DNA of 64,000 nt from Botryllus schlosseri (Eukaryota). Positions 11,981 to 25,428 of the stretch are shown here, in pieces. The DNA is taken from NCBI GenBank assembly GCA_051294905.1, contig CM119373.1, positions 7,316,001-7,380,000 on the forward strand, in the 5' to 3' direction. Every line of letters begins with the position of its first letter. Position 1 is the stretch's first letter. A program made the translations under genes and the position numbers. The notes under the pieces are model-generated. The model searched no databases. It had not been told where the DNA came from and was given only the letters and a program-made list of their open reading frames with translations.

Positions 11981-13789
11981 GTGTACGTGAACATCTAAAT
12001 TTCCGAGTTTCATACACAGAAGTGACAGAACGCAAACGTTAACCTAACGTTCACACCATCCCTAATAAAAAGCAAAAAAATGACTTTTCTTGAAAATGAC
12101 ATCATACTATTCATGTAGAAATTGCTGGGTTGAATTTTTTTTTATTTCAAAGCGAATTCTTCAATTCACGTTCACGCCATCCCAATTTTTCGCATCAATT
12201 GATATCAGCATATAGTTGTTGTAATATCATTGTTACGAAACGTCGCAACCCTAAATTTCCATCTTCAACTTCCAAATTTTTATGAATCGAGGAAAGATTT
12301 TTTACTGAACTGCTCTAATGCTAAGATTTTGGTTGGAATTAAATACGATCCAGCCCCCTTTTAATGCGTGACCATGATCAACTATGGTCCTTACCTCTTT
12401 GTCAAAGAGTTTGCCCAAGTGTCCAAACTGGAGAAGCGATGGTGGATCGTGAGGTATATTGAGTTCTTTGTGATATTGCCACTTTCGGTGAACGTAATAC
12501 CTGCAATTTGGTCGCATTACTTGACGGAACTAATAAGATCTATAGGACAATGAACTCTTGATTTGCTATAACTGGCTCCTCGAATAAACGGAGAATAAGG
12601 AAGGCAAAGGCAAAACCGGCAAGACATTTTACTTCAGAGATCAATTTAAATGGTATCATGCCGCCACGAATACGCTGCAACGACAGATGGAGGATGTCAA
12701 TACATGACAAAGAAGCTCTACGGGTGCCCGACACGCAATTCAATAAATCAAAAAGTCAATGGGGATTTACACTGATTTTCTTCCTCATATGTGACATTCA
12801 ACATTGTAAAGGACACGCAGTCAAGGTATGGCAAGCTATACCATTCCTGGTATTGTCCCTGCTCACAGAAACAGAACTCGTAGCAAAATTGAACATGCTA
12901 CCACTCACCAGGCGAGGGCCACAATACTGCCAATCAGCGCCAATGTCTCAAGCGAGAAGAGATCGAAGGGAATCAACATGACCCGTACCGGTTGATATTC
13001 CGATTATATTCGTTAATCTTAAAGTTGACCTTTATAATTCTGCAAAAGATTCCGGATTAACTATATTCACGGCTCGAGGTTGAGTTATGAATTCTGTACG
13101 ATATACTTCCTGCCCTGTCATAATCTGCGGCGCGAATATTTTCATCCACTAACTAAGATCAGTTCGGGTTATAAATAATTTCTCATTTCCAAAAGCCGCA
13201 AGATTGCGATAAGACGTAAAATATGGGAGTGAGTCGCGAAGACGTGTCCTAGTCTTCCCACCAGACAACACCTTGGCCTTGAACGTGTAAATAAGAGGCA
13301 TACTGTTTTGAGCACTCGAGATTAGCGAGCCGCGATCTGACGTATCGACCTCGCCTATCGACATATGCCTCATTCATTTTCATCGCGTGTCCTTCAATAG
13401 AGGGGGGACTCGAGTAGGTGGGGAAATTTGGGTACATCTGACTAAAACTTCTTCTGGTCAAACATATGTGCTTCAAATTTGTCAGTTCTGCCTTCATTCA
13501 GTAGTTCACTATGCAAGCTATAGATAAGACTAATAACCATTTTCCTTACAGGAAAATTATAAGCATCCACATGCAATTGAAAATTTGTGGCGCATTTTTT
13601 AATTTTCAACACTGTTTTTCAACTTCTTCACAGGTGACATAAAAATGGTTATTGCAAAACGATATACCACTCAAGTAGTGATAGTTGATCATACTACAGG
13701 GTATGGCTATGGATATTGTCAATGGTGGTGTGAGAAAGTTTTAATTTAAAAAATAATGTTTTGGGGTATTTTGGTTATAGTATGTTATA

Positions 13790-15294
13790 AGTGGCGGGTA
13801 AATTGAGTATACCATTGAATGCGGAATTTCTCCGTCCCACGATTATTAGAGGGGTTGCAAATCATGTCGCCACGGTTGCAAATCATACTCAGTTGAATCT
13901 TGTTATGCAGGTTTTGTTAAATATTAGAGAATGCAATTGTTAAAACAGTCAAAATATAGCCCAAGAATTATAAGAAAAAGCGAACTCCTAAATACACAAC
14001 ACAGCAATTGCAACGGGCAGTAAAGAAAATTAAGGGAGGAAAAAGCTGTTATACAGAATTCCATATGAAACTCTCAGAAGAAACTCAATTCGAGAAGAGA
14101 AGTTGAGGGATCTCGAGAAGGAAGTCGGAGATTTTGACGAAAGCAAGAGCAGAAGGCCTGTCATGTGAGGTAATCGATTCTTTTTTCGGTAAATACCTTG
14201 ACATGCCGAAACAAAATAACTTGGAAAACCAACCCACAAGAATATTCAATTTGGATGAAACTGGCCTAAGCACTGACCCCAGGTCTCAAAAAGTTTATGG
14301 GGCAAAGGGAAGGAAGCAGCATACATGATGCATTCAACATGTGGAAAAACAACATATTCCTCACTATTTTGCTGCTCAGCCGCTGGATCATATCTGCCTC
14401 CCTTTGTAGTCTACAAAGGCCCGAATATATATGATACTTAAACATCTGGAGGCCCAGAGGGAACACATTATGCTGTTACTCCAAGTGGATGGATGCAAGA
14501 TTGTGTATTTGAGAATTGGCTCAAGGAATTTGCAACTCAAATACAATCGTTGGATAAACCCTGCTTACTTATTTTGGATGGTCATGGCAGGCATATTACA
14601 TATAAATGCTCTGAAATTTGCCGAGATAACGGCATAATCTTATTTTGTCTTCAACTCATTCCTTGCATGCTCTGCAGCCACTGGACGTCGGAGTTTTCAG
14701 GCCTTTGAAAATAGCCTAGAAGAATATTTTGAAAAACTGGGCCCGAGAAACACGAATGCAATCAGTATTAAAAGCCATATTTTAGATAATCACAATGCGA
14801 AATGGAGGCGTGTTGGAAAATTGGAAAAGTCAGAGCACCAATTCCTAGAAGAAGAGGGGTTCTCAAATTTGATTTAAATGCAAACAGTTGGTAAAACATC
14901 ACCATTGAATTATTTCGTTATGCGGTTCGTTCTGAAAAAGCTTCTCTTTAACCAACCGTAGCAGATTTTGTTTCAGTTTCCTTTTAAAAATTTGTAAATA
15001 TACTCAATTTTCCCATAAAATGACTCATTTGGGTATAACACGGGGATAAGGCTTACTTCTAGTGCTATTTGGACAGTATGCTCAATTTTCCCACAAAATT
15101 GGGGAAAATTGAGTATACTAATTTCGAAAAAAAAATCGCGATATTTTTCTACTCCAAGCTGATTGAATCCTTAAACTATTTTCAATCAAAAATTCAACCA
15201 TACAATGTAACAAATATCAACCAACAACCTTTCTATTGGACAGTTTATGAAAATGACAGCCCCTCGAACTTGAAAATATACTCAAATCCCCCCC
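13790..15294 (+). mobile_element. Degenerate pogo/Tigger-like (Tc1/mariner) transposon with transposase pseudogene at about 13965-14760
   Basis: HTH-psq-like start (KYTTQQLQRAVKKIK...YRIPYETLRR) and DDE_1 motifs IFNLDETG, LPPFVVYKG, SGWMQ and LLILDGH, with stops and frameshifts. Degenerate TIR (gggtaaattgagtata / tatactcaaatcccc) next to TA. Confidence 0.8.
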
Positions 15295-15649
15295 TATAAT
15301 GTTGCATCCAGTGTGCATGACGGGGTATTCGTAACCCTTTACAGTACGAGACTGGACATTAAGGGGTACGAAGAACGTTGCGCCACGGAGAAGATTTAGA
15401 AACAGATTTCACTGCACAGTTTTATTTTGGAATTGTAAAAAATGAAATCATGCCACTACAGTCTTTGCTGCTGATTACTGCCAGGTAGGTGTGTAGCTAG
15501 TCGAAGATAGGATGGGTTTGAATTTATTTCATATTCACCAACATAGAACCAATTTATTTTTTGAGTTCAGAACGTCATGCGTGAAGGCCCATATTCACAG
15601 ATCTCAGACAAGTTTACATGTGTTGACGAACTTATGCATTTACTACATA

Positions 15650-15850
15650 AACAAGCGCGACTGTTGCACCCTAAGATTACAGCAAGTCGGGCTATGGAAG
15701 CTATGACAGTGGTTATAATTTACTTTTCAACAAGTTATTGCTGTGAAAATGGCTTTCCAACATTGATGTATATCAAAAATGAGTATATACAGCAGTCGCC
15801 TGAAACTGAAAGATGAAACTATAGAACGTAAACAAATATCAACATTCTAT
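15650..15850 (+). pseudogene. hAT Buster/Charlie-type transposase C-terminal (dimerisation) relic
   Basis: FSTSYCCENGFPTLMYIKNEY matches the F.+TYLCE.GFS.L..IK.K motif. Confidence 0.65.
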
Positions 15851-18189
15851 AACCTAGTACCTACGACGACATTCGTGGAAACATATAATGGGTAATTCAC
15901 TAGCCCTTAGCTAGATAGCTACCAGCTCCTATTTATAGGTCTGACTGCAAAGGGTTCTTGCTGTATCACTGAAATTAAGCTACAACAGTATTTCCTCGGA
16001 AATTATTGTTCAGCCAGCGCTCTCAGTAAGTGTAGTATGACGGCATTGTAGAATGTATATATGTCGTATTCCAAACTCAGAAGAGCTAACACTCGCACTG
16101 TGATATCACGTCAATGACCCTTCGGTATCAAGCATGTGTCCAAAGCAAATACCAATCATTTTCTCATAATTAGTACAAAAACGCACTGAACATCTCTTCT
16201 GATATTGTGACGGCAATGCTGTCTACAAACTCATCAACACGCGATAATGCTGCCGTCAGTTAGAGCCGGCGGTGGTTTGACATCCGTACATCAATTCCAA
16301 AATAGAACCTGTAGCGTTGAGACGATAGCGTTGTTTACTCAGGGCCTTACTCAGTCATATTGCTCTTCTGTATTAGGTTAATTTGGAGAGGCTCGACGGT
16401 GGGATTTCACTGATACGCTATAGGCTGCGATTGCCACCACGCGGTTCACATTGTATTATGAAAGACCGCAGTACGATAAGCACACCGCATAACACTCGGT
16501 GTGGTATGAGATCATTCGAAGCCAGAAGGAGTGTATGTTATTGTCGGGAAGTTATAAGGCTATACTGATAAGGACAAATGGCGTCTATTATTCTAGGTAT
16601 GCAATTAAGTTGCGATTTCCCTGCAATGAATGCAGCATTGAAAGTAAGTTACAGATTTTACTATCTCGCTACACACAAAAGCAACTACAATGATAAAACG
16701 GTCGACACGTTGGATTCATTCGAAAATCGACAATCAGTGTTATACGCGCTAGCGTTTGTACTGCGCATCCACCCTGAACGATACGCAATATACCCTACGC
16801 GTCGTCGAGCAAAATTGAGTTGCGATTTCAGACAAAGCTATTACCGATTTATGCTCTATGGAAGTACGCCTATCCTATCTAGGGTTGTGTTTAAAACAAA
16901 AATCCATTTAAAACGAACATGTTTAAAACAATAGGCTAAGGCCCTTGTTTAAAACATGCTTTTTTTCGAGCCACGGCGTCACGCATATTCAATAGTGATA
17001 TCATGGTGTATTGATATTCACAATTGGAAATATAGCATATATATAGCTCTTTTGACGAAATAGGCTTCCAACCCATGTCATATACGGACCAAAATAATAT
17101 CTTAACCAGGACTACATCGTCTTGATGCATTTTTACGGTTGGCGGTCGTCATCGTCATCAGAACATTCATTCCTTACCAATGATATATGTCTACTTACTT
17201 TTGCTGTGGAACCGACTATATTTCGAGGGTTCCAACCATCCCATATCGTATACGTCGGCTATATCGGGTGGAAATCGTCGCCCGTAAGCTCATACAACAT
17301 GTTTTCGAAAAGTATTTACACAATTATGGCATAATTAATTAATTATACAACTTTAAAAAAAAAATTAAAGGCCTTTGCCTAAAACACTGTTTAAAACATT
17401 TTTTAAAACATTTTTTAACGAAGTGTTTTGAACAACTATTTGTTTTAATTGCCACCCTACCTATATCACACCAAAAGCAAATCGTTCGAGTAAGACAATG
17501 CATAATTATGAAGTCCTGGCGTAGTAATCACCGTCGCTCCTATGGCATTGTATTCACTGAATTATTCAAACTCTTCGAATGATAAAGACTCGTCGCATAT
17601 TCAATCGACCAAACATACGCATTACATACAGGTAGCTTTGGTATAGTTTTGCTTCAGGCCTGCCAAGTTAATACTATTGGATACTCGAACACACACTGAT
17701 ATTTTATAGGCGAGAGATTGTAGCAGCACATGAAGTATAGGCGAGCGGATTAACCTGATTGAGTAGACGTGGTCTAATTTGCAGAGGTGGTCAAAGTAGT
17801 CAATAAAGCTATTCAAGTAGAAGTAGCGACGAAAAAATATACTCAAGTACAAGCAGAAGTACTTCTTTCATTGGCAACCTAAAACTACTTGAAATAGAAT
17901 TGACCGACTTAAAATCTACTCAAGTAAGTAAGTAGTTGTGAAAACGATCGTGATTCGTTCGCATGGACTGTCAAAAGCTGCAAGTGGAGCTATGCGGAAG
18001 GTGTAGAGAGCTTGATTCATACTGATGCATCCCAGGAGGTGTCAATTTTTGACAGAATAATAAGAAGTCGTCCACATCATGGGATGTAAATGATAGTATT
18101 GATATGGAAATGCGATACTAAGCCTTTGCTTACTCGAACACCCCTTTATTTTATAGAATATCATGGCATGGCGCCCTCCCCCACATTTG

Positions 18190-18592
18190 AAGCTAACACG
18201 GTTATGATGCTGTCAGCATTCTGCGTCCTGGAACTGAACTAAAATTGGAATTAGTAAATCTATGAACAGATCGATGCTCACAGATTCAAATTTCAACCCT
18301 GTTCTAAGAATCGGGCCAACAGACTTTCATCTCTATAGTTTTGACAAAATGGTTATTGAGGTCCACCAGCTTATGAAATCTCGCGACCATATGTTTATGG
18401 CGCGTGTACGATATCATCAAAGCAATGTTTGGCTTGTTTTAAATAAGCACATATATTATCTCCACGTCCTCGCTATATAATCAAATATCAATATTGCGTT
18501 TTGGTTAACAATCCCAATTTTATATAGTGCGGCCCGCGAATGGATTCAGATGTTGAATGCGGCCCACGAGCTCAAAAGTTTGCTCACCACTG
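18190..18592. mobile_element. Right-hand fragment of hAT family D
   Basis: About 400 bp closely similar to about 20750-21152, ending aagtttgctcaccactg. Confidence 0.8.
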
Positions 18593-18779
18593 GGTTAGGG
18601 GGTTGAACCCACCTTTTTCCAAATAAAGATACATGTCGTGTCATTAACTGTCTTCCTCCAATGTTGTGAATGCTGCACATATAAATCCTACATTATCATC
18701 TGGTGATCCTGATTTATAGAATTCCCATCGTTTAGCCTTGAAATGGAATATTCAAAGCCATCACCTCAATCTTAGGGTT

Positions 18780-19420
18780 AGAAGCAATCAAAGTTAGTCA
18801 TATGCAGATTAGCTACCTTGCCAACAGGACATCAGTACAGAGAGAATGTGCAGAATTGGGTAAATACAGGGCTCTTCGACTCACATGCAGCAATTTTGGT
18901 AGGGTTTTGGACTGCTTTGAGAGGAACAAGACAGGAGGTACTCCAAATCCACCATCTCTTTTCAAATCACTTCAAGGACAGTGCATTATGAACAGGGATT
19001 CAATATTGTGGCGGTTATAGCACGAAGAAGGGGCTATTCAAGGCTACTATGTAGCATCACTCATATGAATGTAGCAAAGATTGATCTTGTTCTTTTTCCA
19101 TGTGGATATCTGTTTCCTTCACCTGATAGAGTGATTCTACCTGAGCAACAGCAGTTGGTGTGCTTGAGGTAAAGTGCCCCTGGAGATATCGTAACAACAG
19201 TCGATGAGCTCATGAGCTTCAAACTTGGAAAGATATCAGAGAAAAAGATTTTTTATTTGACTGCTGCTGGATAATTACAAGTAAATCACTCTTATTGGCA
19301 TCAAATTCAGCCACAAATAGTGACTGGGCACATTTTGTTGTTTGGACTACAAAGGATACGCGGATTTGCGAAGTATCAAGAGACCCTGACTGGAAACAAA
19401 ACATTCCCAAACTCGAGAGC
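18780..19420 (+). pseudogene. YqaJ-like (lambda-exonuclease-fold) nuclease relic, copy 1
   Basis: RALRLTCSNFG, SLFKSL..., GYLFPSPD, VLEVKCPWRYR, HQIQ and HFVVWTTK motifs across frameshifts. Confidence 0.8.
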
Positions 19421-19659
19421 AATTTTATCTGGATGTGATGCAGCCAAGTACTCACGTCATAATTCGAACTCGCATTTCTCTATTCTTTATTGCCCAAAAA
19501 ATTCAATTTATTATATTTGGAACGGAACTGGACTAACATATCTCTATCTTCAACAGAACTAGTTCATGAATAGGTATAATCCACAACATTGGAGGAAGGC
19601 AGTTGACACGCCATGGAGTTCAGGGTCCGCCTTTTTGCAATGCGCGTATCTTCTGCTTC

Positions 19660-19935
19660 ACCATGGAGATTGTGATTGGGAATCGCATCTCTCTATAGAC
19701 GTAATTTTCGAAACTGTATTGGTGTATCTAATGCACTAGCAGCAAAATCTTCCCTTCAAAAGTGGTAGGAGCAAACGAAGCTTGTGGAAGTAGGCTTGGC
19801 GTCATGCCTTCTTACTCTGCATTCCCAATCCTTCCTGTATTTTGCGTTGGAAGGAAATGAATGGAAGGATCTGTTCTTCCCCAGTTTATTGCCATTGGTG
19901 GCACTGCATTTATAAATACAGCAGTATTTCGGCAT
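19660..19935 (-). pseudogene. THAP zinc-finger domain relic
   Basis: MPKYCCIYKC...FHSFPS...RKDWECRVRR...FVCSYHF*REDF...RL*RDAIP: canonical THAP C2CH pattern with two in-frame stops. Confidence 0.85.
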
Positions 19936-20042
19936 TATATTTTAGTAGGTGTTACTAAATATTTTATTTCCTTTCCTCATTCTATTATTGATGAAAAAAT
20001 ATACATATAACTGTAATCTTGTCGTTTTTATACAGTCTACAC

Positions 20043-21152
20043 CAGGGGTGGGCAAACTACGGCCCGCGGGCCGCATGCGGCCCGCAACACCGTTCTGTGC
20101 GGCCCGCGAGAGTCTAAAGAAACTTTTAAAAATTATTGATAAAATGCGTACTAAAAATCGAATTAATGCAGGGACTTGATTAACTATTTCTTAGTATATT
20201 TCACCATGATAATTCTAAGACAGTGGTTCTCAAACTGGTGGGCAGACCCCCCTTGGGGGCGTGAAAGCATCTGATGGGGGCGCGAAGCTGAGCGCAACTG
20301 AAAAAAAATTCGCGCTCCGCGCGATTTACATCCAATTCAAAGATATTGCTCTGTATTTAGTCTGAATTACATATTTAAAAATCTCTCATCCACAGTCGTA
20401 ACCTTCGATGCCATTAAACTACCGGTTAGGTTTGCTAGCATGCTGGTTGCGTTTTGTGATATGACGATAAGGGGACGTGAAATCTTTCACCGTCATAAGG
20501 GGGTGCGTGTCTTAAAAAGTTTGAGAGTCACTGATCTAAGGTAAATACTTAATATCACAGCGGGATAGCTGCAACGAGATTGACATAATTTGGATCACGA
20601 TTGGGATTTCAGATTGGACACTCTGTTTTTAATTATTTCAGTGTTGTGTTTATAAAAAACGATTCGGGCGTGTCTTAGGTAGCTTCGTTTGTATGCGTAG
20701 GATTGGGTATTTATATTTTATCTACACATAGTAGACGCCTGTTTGAAGCTAACCTGGTTACGATGCTGTCAGCATTGTGAGTCCTGGAACTGAACCAAAA
20801 GTGGAATTAGTAAATCTATGAACAGATCGCTGCTCACAGATTTAAATTTCAATCCTGTTCTAAGAATCGGGCCAACCGACTTTCATCTCTATAGTTTTGA
20901 CAAATTGGTTATTTAGGTTCGCCAGCCTATGAAATCTTGCGACTATATGTTTCTGACGCATGTACGATATCATCAAAGCAATGTTTGACTTGTTTTGAAT
21001 AAGCACTTGCGTATATTATCTCCATGTCCTCACTATATAATCAAATATCAATATCGCGTTTTCGTTTATAATCCCAATTTTATATGGTGCGGCCCGCGAA
21101 TGAATTCAGATGTTGAATGCGGCCCGCGAGCTCAAAAGTTTGCCCACCCCTG
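20043..21152. mobile_element. Non-autonomous hAT element D
   Basis: TIR caggggtgggcaaact / agtttgcccacccctg; exact TSD gtctacac. Confidence 0.93.
20221..20533. mobile_element. hAT MITE E nested in D
   Basis: TIR cagtggttctcaaac / gtttgagagtcactg; TSD ttctaaga vs atctaagg (6/8). Confidence 0.8.
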
Positions 21153-21287
21153 GTCTACACGGATATAGGAATACATCGTAGTGCCAACTAGGCTTAGGTA
21201 AATGCAGTGTCTTCCGTTGCTGCGCCGTTTCTATGGCCATTGTTTCTCGACCAATCAGCGTAAAGTTTGGTTTACGGCCGTATACAC

Positions 21288-22625
21288 CAGTGGTTCTCAA
21301 CCGCCGGTCCGCGACGACTTTCCTGCCTGTCCGCCTGGTCCAGGTATATTACAATTTTATTCTTTAATTTCAAGATGCAATGTTGAACGCTGGTCCATTG
21401 ATAAAAGAAATAAAACATCAAATTTTAAACTGATTCATAACTTCGTGAGGTAACATTAGGGCTGGAAACATATTGGATTTGACTTAAAGTTCAAGACGTT
21501 TTATTTGACGACTTGCGAGCGACAAATACAGAACAGATACGAGCTCACTCTTCGCTAAACAGCGCAGTTTGATCATTGGTTTTCGGCCCATTCATTTTGT
21601 GCAGGAACGTAACTGGGGGATCGCAAACCGCCTAATTGGAGAGGGGCCGAGCTTGAAAAGGGCCTAAAATTATTTCGCCAATGAAAATAAATCAGCGTAT
21701 TTATTTGAAACTTTTTCCAGCATTTTTCAATTTCTTTTCGCGCTTTGCACGAATTAGTGTGCCTAAATGTCTTGCTTAATAGGCGACCCGATTTATAGGC
21801 ATTTCGGCGTCAGCAATTACCGCGTCACGACGCACCAACACATAATGAAGTTTAGGTTAACATGGGACTCAGAAAGGTGGACCAAAAATTCGGCCACGAA
21901 AAACCGCTTCGGTTGTGAATGATCGAAAACTTTAGCCATTGGCGCGATCAGTTACGTAAACTCTCTGCTTACGCTGGGTAGAATACATGTGATCACAAGT
22001 ACAGGTGAAATATCCACCCAACTGTAGGGTCTGGGGGCGAATCCCCCGGAAGTTTGACTTATCGCCCTGTAGGGGTCCCAAGACCAACGTTTTGGGGAGG
22101 GCTGAAGAAGTGCTTTTCGGCCCGGATTTGTGGATGGCCGGTATAGCTGCTGTAATGTGTTTTCTTACGGCACGCATTGTATTCGTAGTTGGCAGAGTAG
22201 CCTTCGTCTGGTGGCAGTGGGAATGAGCAAGGTAGCACGACAAGATGTTTGGTTCGACTCCGATACGCTTCTTCTCTCGATATTATCAAATAGAAGAATA
22301 TTATTGCAGTTGGCGTGGTCGCTTAATCCCACGGCCTTCGGCGCGAAATACTGTAAACGAATCTCGGCGGTAGCACGTTTATCTGGCAAGGCAATTTTAC
22401 GTCGATTCGGAAGACTCACTACCATAAAATCACATGGGTGCCATCGTGAATATAATTAACTACGATCAAAACCCTCTAAATGTCACTCTATAGCACCATA
22501 TAATTGCAAAAAACGGTTGCATACTTTACATTTTGGCCTCGTTTCAATTTTGAAAGTTCACCGGTCCGCCAGACATTTTTTGAAATTTTACCGGTCCGCG
22601 AGGCGAAAAAGGTTGAGAACCACTG
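21288..22625. mobile_element. Non-autonomous hAT element containing a B-like insert (about 21602-22123)
   Basis: TIR cagtggttctcaacc / ggttgagaaccactg; the TSD is only partial (gtatacac vs gacac). Confidence 0.75.
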
Positions 22626-22911
22626 GACACTATATTTTGGAGGCCGATTCCGAGTCCGACAAACGTCCGATACGGTTGTATCGGGTATCGATGAACGCGT
22701 GGTCTGGAGACGAATGCAGCGGTACCTCGTTTGGCCCTGTAGCGTCTGCAGTCGTGACGGAACCTCGGATAGCCCTTCTATGAAAACCCGTATTCCGTCT
22801 TGTCGGCATTTAAATTCACGGATTTTCCTTACAGTAACATTGAACTATACGATCCTCATTATCTATATATACACAAAAATACACGTGGAGTTCTTCTACT
22901 TCGAAACTACG

Positions 22912-24112
22912 ATGGAGGCGAGACTGTATCGTATTTTGAACGATGAAACCCGTTTGCGAGATTGTTTGGTTTCCAAAGGATTGATTCGGACGCCTGAATC
23001 ATTCCGGAAATGCCCCAACAGGAGATGCAGGAGGACAGGAAGGCTTCGCTGGGGGGCAAGATTCCGTAACCTAACATCTGCATCTGCCCGAGATTGCTGG
23101 GAGCAAGGCGAAGACCCTGACACGTGTATTGGAATTCGCCGCAACGCCTGCAAGACTCGCGTGTCCCCGAGGACCGGAACCTTTTTTGCGTTCGCTGACG
23201 GTATGAGTCGCGCAAACATCAAACTCAGCTATCAGAAGGTGATGCAGATCATCTATCACTGGTCGATGGCTAGATTGGGCCCTGACATGAGGATGTCACT
23301 GGGGATCGCTGAGTCTACCATTGTCGACTGGCGTAATGTCTGCCGCGAGATATGCATCGCAGCTTTTCGACGGCGTACGAAGTCCGGGGGGAATCGGGAT
23401 CGTGGTCGAGATTGATGAATCCCTTGTTCGTGGCAAAAGAAAGGCTAACATCGGTCGGATGCTACGCGGGGATAACCGGCAGGTGAGTAGTAGCGTCGAT
23501 GGTGACGAGGATGGCATTGAGCGGGTGTCCGAGGAAAGCGATGGCGGTGATAGCGATGGTGGTGATAGCGATGGGGATTCCAGAGTTGATTCGGATCTTG
23601 ATAATGGTCCAGGGTCCAACGGAAATCCCAACATAAATGTTGGTACTACTACTGCTTCTACTCCGCAAACTCGCGACCGTAGTGGTCCGTGGGTTGTTGA
23701 AATGCGACAAGTTTCAATTTCCTATGATTCTGATAATGTACCGCATCGGAAAGCAGGAGAGCTGAGGCTATTCCCAGTGGAACGGCGAGACAAGCCAACC
23801 CTTCATGGCTTGATTCTTGCCGAATTGGAACTGGGCACAATGATTCAGATCGATGAATGGAGCGGATATTGGGGTCTGGGCGGTATCGGATATCATCACG
23901 ATACCGTTAACCACTCAGGTAACTTTGTGTCGGCCGCAACTGGTGCGCATACTCTCGCAGTGTATCTAGACGTCGTGGTGTCCGCTCAAAAACCAAATCA
24001 ACCGTTTTATGCGAGGGTCGTCTCCGGAGTTGTTTCCCTCGCATTTATCAGAGGCATGGTTTCGGTCCCTTACTTTGGGTCGATGGGAAGTGTACATTGT
24101 ACAATCTGTTGA
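22912..24112 (+). pseudogene. Merlin (IS1595/ISXO2-like) transposase pseudogene
   Basis: N-terminal Cys motifs; TIVDWRNVCREIC; VVEIDES...KRK; GPWV; RDKPTL; IQIDEWSGY; HDTVNHSGNFV...TGAHT; FPSHLSEAWFR. Frameshifts near 23385 and about 23960. Candidate TIR gcagcggtacctc (22716) / gaagtacgctgc (24474-24485). Confidence 0.88.
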
Positions 24113-24491
24113 TTGAGACGATCGCCCAGGAATACCCAGCGCAAAGGTGCTGAAAAGCAAGTGAGCTTAGGCCTGTGGAGCAACTGGCCTACACTCTATC
24201 CAGTCTAAAGGCGAGATAAGCTGGTGATAATGGCTTATTCTTGTCCAAAAGGAGCTGGGTACAATCTCACTAGTCCTTATTTTGGTGGCAATGTTGCAAT
24301 ACTTCCCGCGGCGCCACTGTTACGCTTGCATATACCAACCGATTGCAACGAACGCGTAGAAGTAGTAAGTGGAAGTAGAAGGTAAAGTAGAAAATGAGAA
24401 GTAGCCTACTCGAGTAAGTATAGGTCAGAAATGTTTCTGAACACCTCGAGTATAGGCCAACACGCGACGCCGTGAAGTACGCTGCTAATAG

Positions 24492-25428
24492 CAGTGTTGG
24501 GATCAAGTCACTACCTTCGAGTCACGAGTCATTTCGAGTCATTGCACATTTTGACTCGAGTCAAGTCAAGTCAATCGATTTTCGAAGGTGACTCGAGTCA
24601 AGTCAAGTCACTCGTTTTTTGAAGGTGACTCGAGTCAAGTCGAGTAAAGTCAAGTCACGAGTCAAGTCACAATTCAAGTCAATTTGCCTTTTCGAAGTAT
24701 GAGGTATGATCAAGTCATTGTATTTTGCTAACTGTCTGAAAGACAGATTGAGTGGTCATTGATTCTGAACCGATGAACGGACATAGCGTTAAATATACAC
24801 GAAAGAATGCGCTGTATCGCTCACATATACATGGAACTGGTTAACTACGGAGCAATTACATAGCCTCAGTTTATATTTACTAGCCAAAATAGAGAAACGA
24901 ATTGATAACATGCAATACATTACCCATTTACATATTGATACGATACAATTCGAGCCTGCGCCAATGGTTGAGTACTATTTAAACTATATTCGAATTCAAT
25001 TTCAATAAAACATGAGATTTGGCTAAGGTATGAACAGGAAACAGAAATGAAATTATTGCCAATAATCTACCATACTACTAGTTTACGACAATATCAGCTG
25101 TAAGCTTCGATCACTTCGTTTGTGGTTAATTTATTTGTGAGAGAACAATGGAGGCTCAGTAAAACACACGATCATTGAATGATTGGTCGCTCTCACAGTT
25201 TACATCAGCGTTTCGGAACAATCCAAACATATTCAAGATACCGTGATTTTTATCGACACCGATTACTTGATGACTTGAAATTGACTCGTGAATTTTGCTC
25301 CGATTCACGAGTCAATCCACATTTCTGATACGCCGAGTCAAGTCAAGTCATTTTGGCAAAGTGACTGGAGTCAAGTCAAGTCACACGAAAAAGGTGACTC
25401 GAGTCTGACTCGAGTCATCCCAACACTG
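24492..25428. mobile_element. hAT-type MITE I with subterminal gactcgagtc/aagtc arrays
   Basis: TIR cagtgttgggat / atcccaacactg; exact TSD gctaatag. Confidence 0.93.

Larger units (their letters stand above)
8660..12064. mobile_element. Older TAGGGATG-terminus DNA element H, hosting elements G and A1
   Basis: tagggatggtgtgaac at 8660 and gttcacaccatcccta ending 12064 are a perfect 16-bp TIR. No TSD is recognisable, and a second similar right end lies at about 12170-12184. Confidence 0.65.

Noticed and set aside
13149-13373. piggyBac-like VD..D motif
   Set aside because: Motif spacing is wrong and there is no TTAA/TIR support.
22165-22425. hAT dimerisation-like ORF
   Set aside because: The similarity is too weak and it overlaps MITE sequence.
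22504-22911. 5' extension of the 303-aa ORF upstream of the Merlin ATG
   Set aside because: It runs through a hAT right end and non-coding sequence; the recognisable protein starts at 22912.
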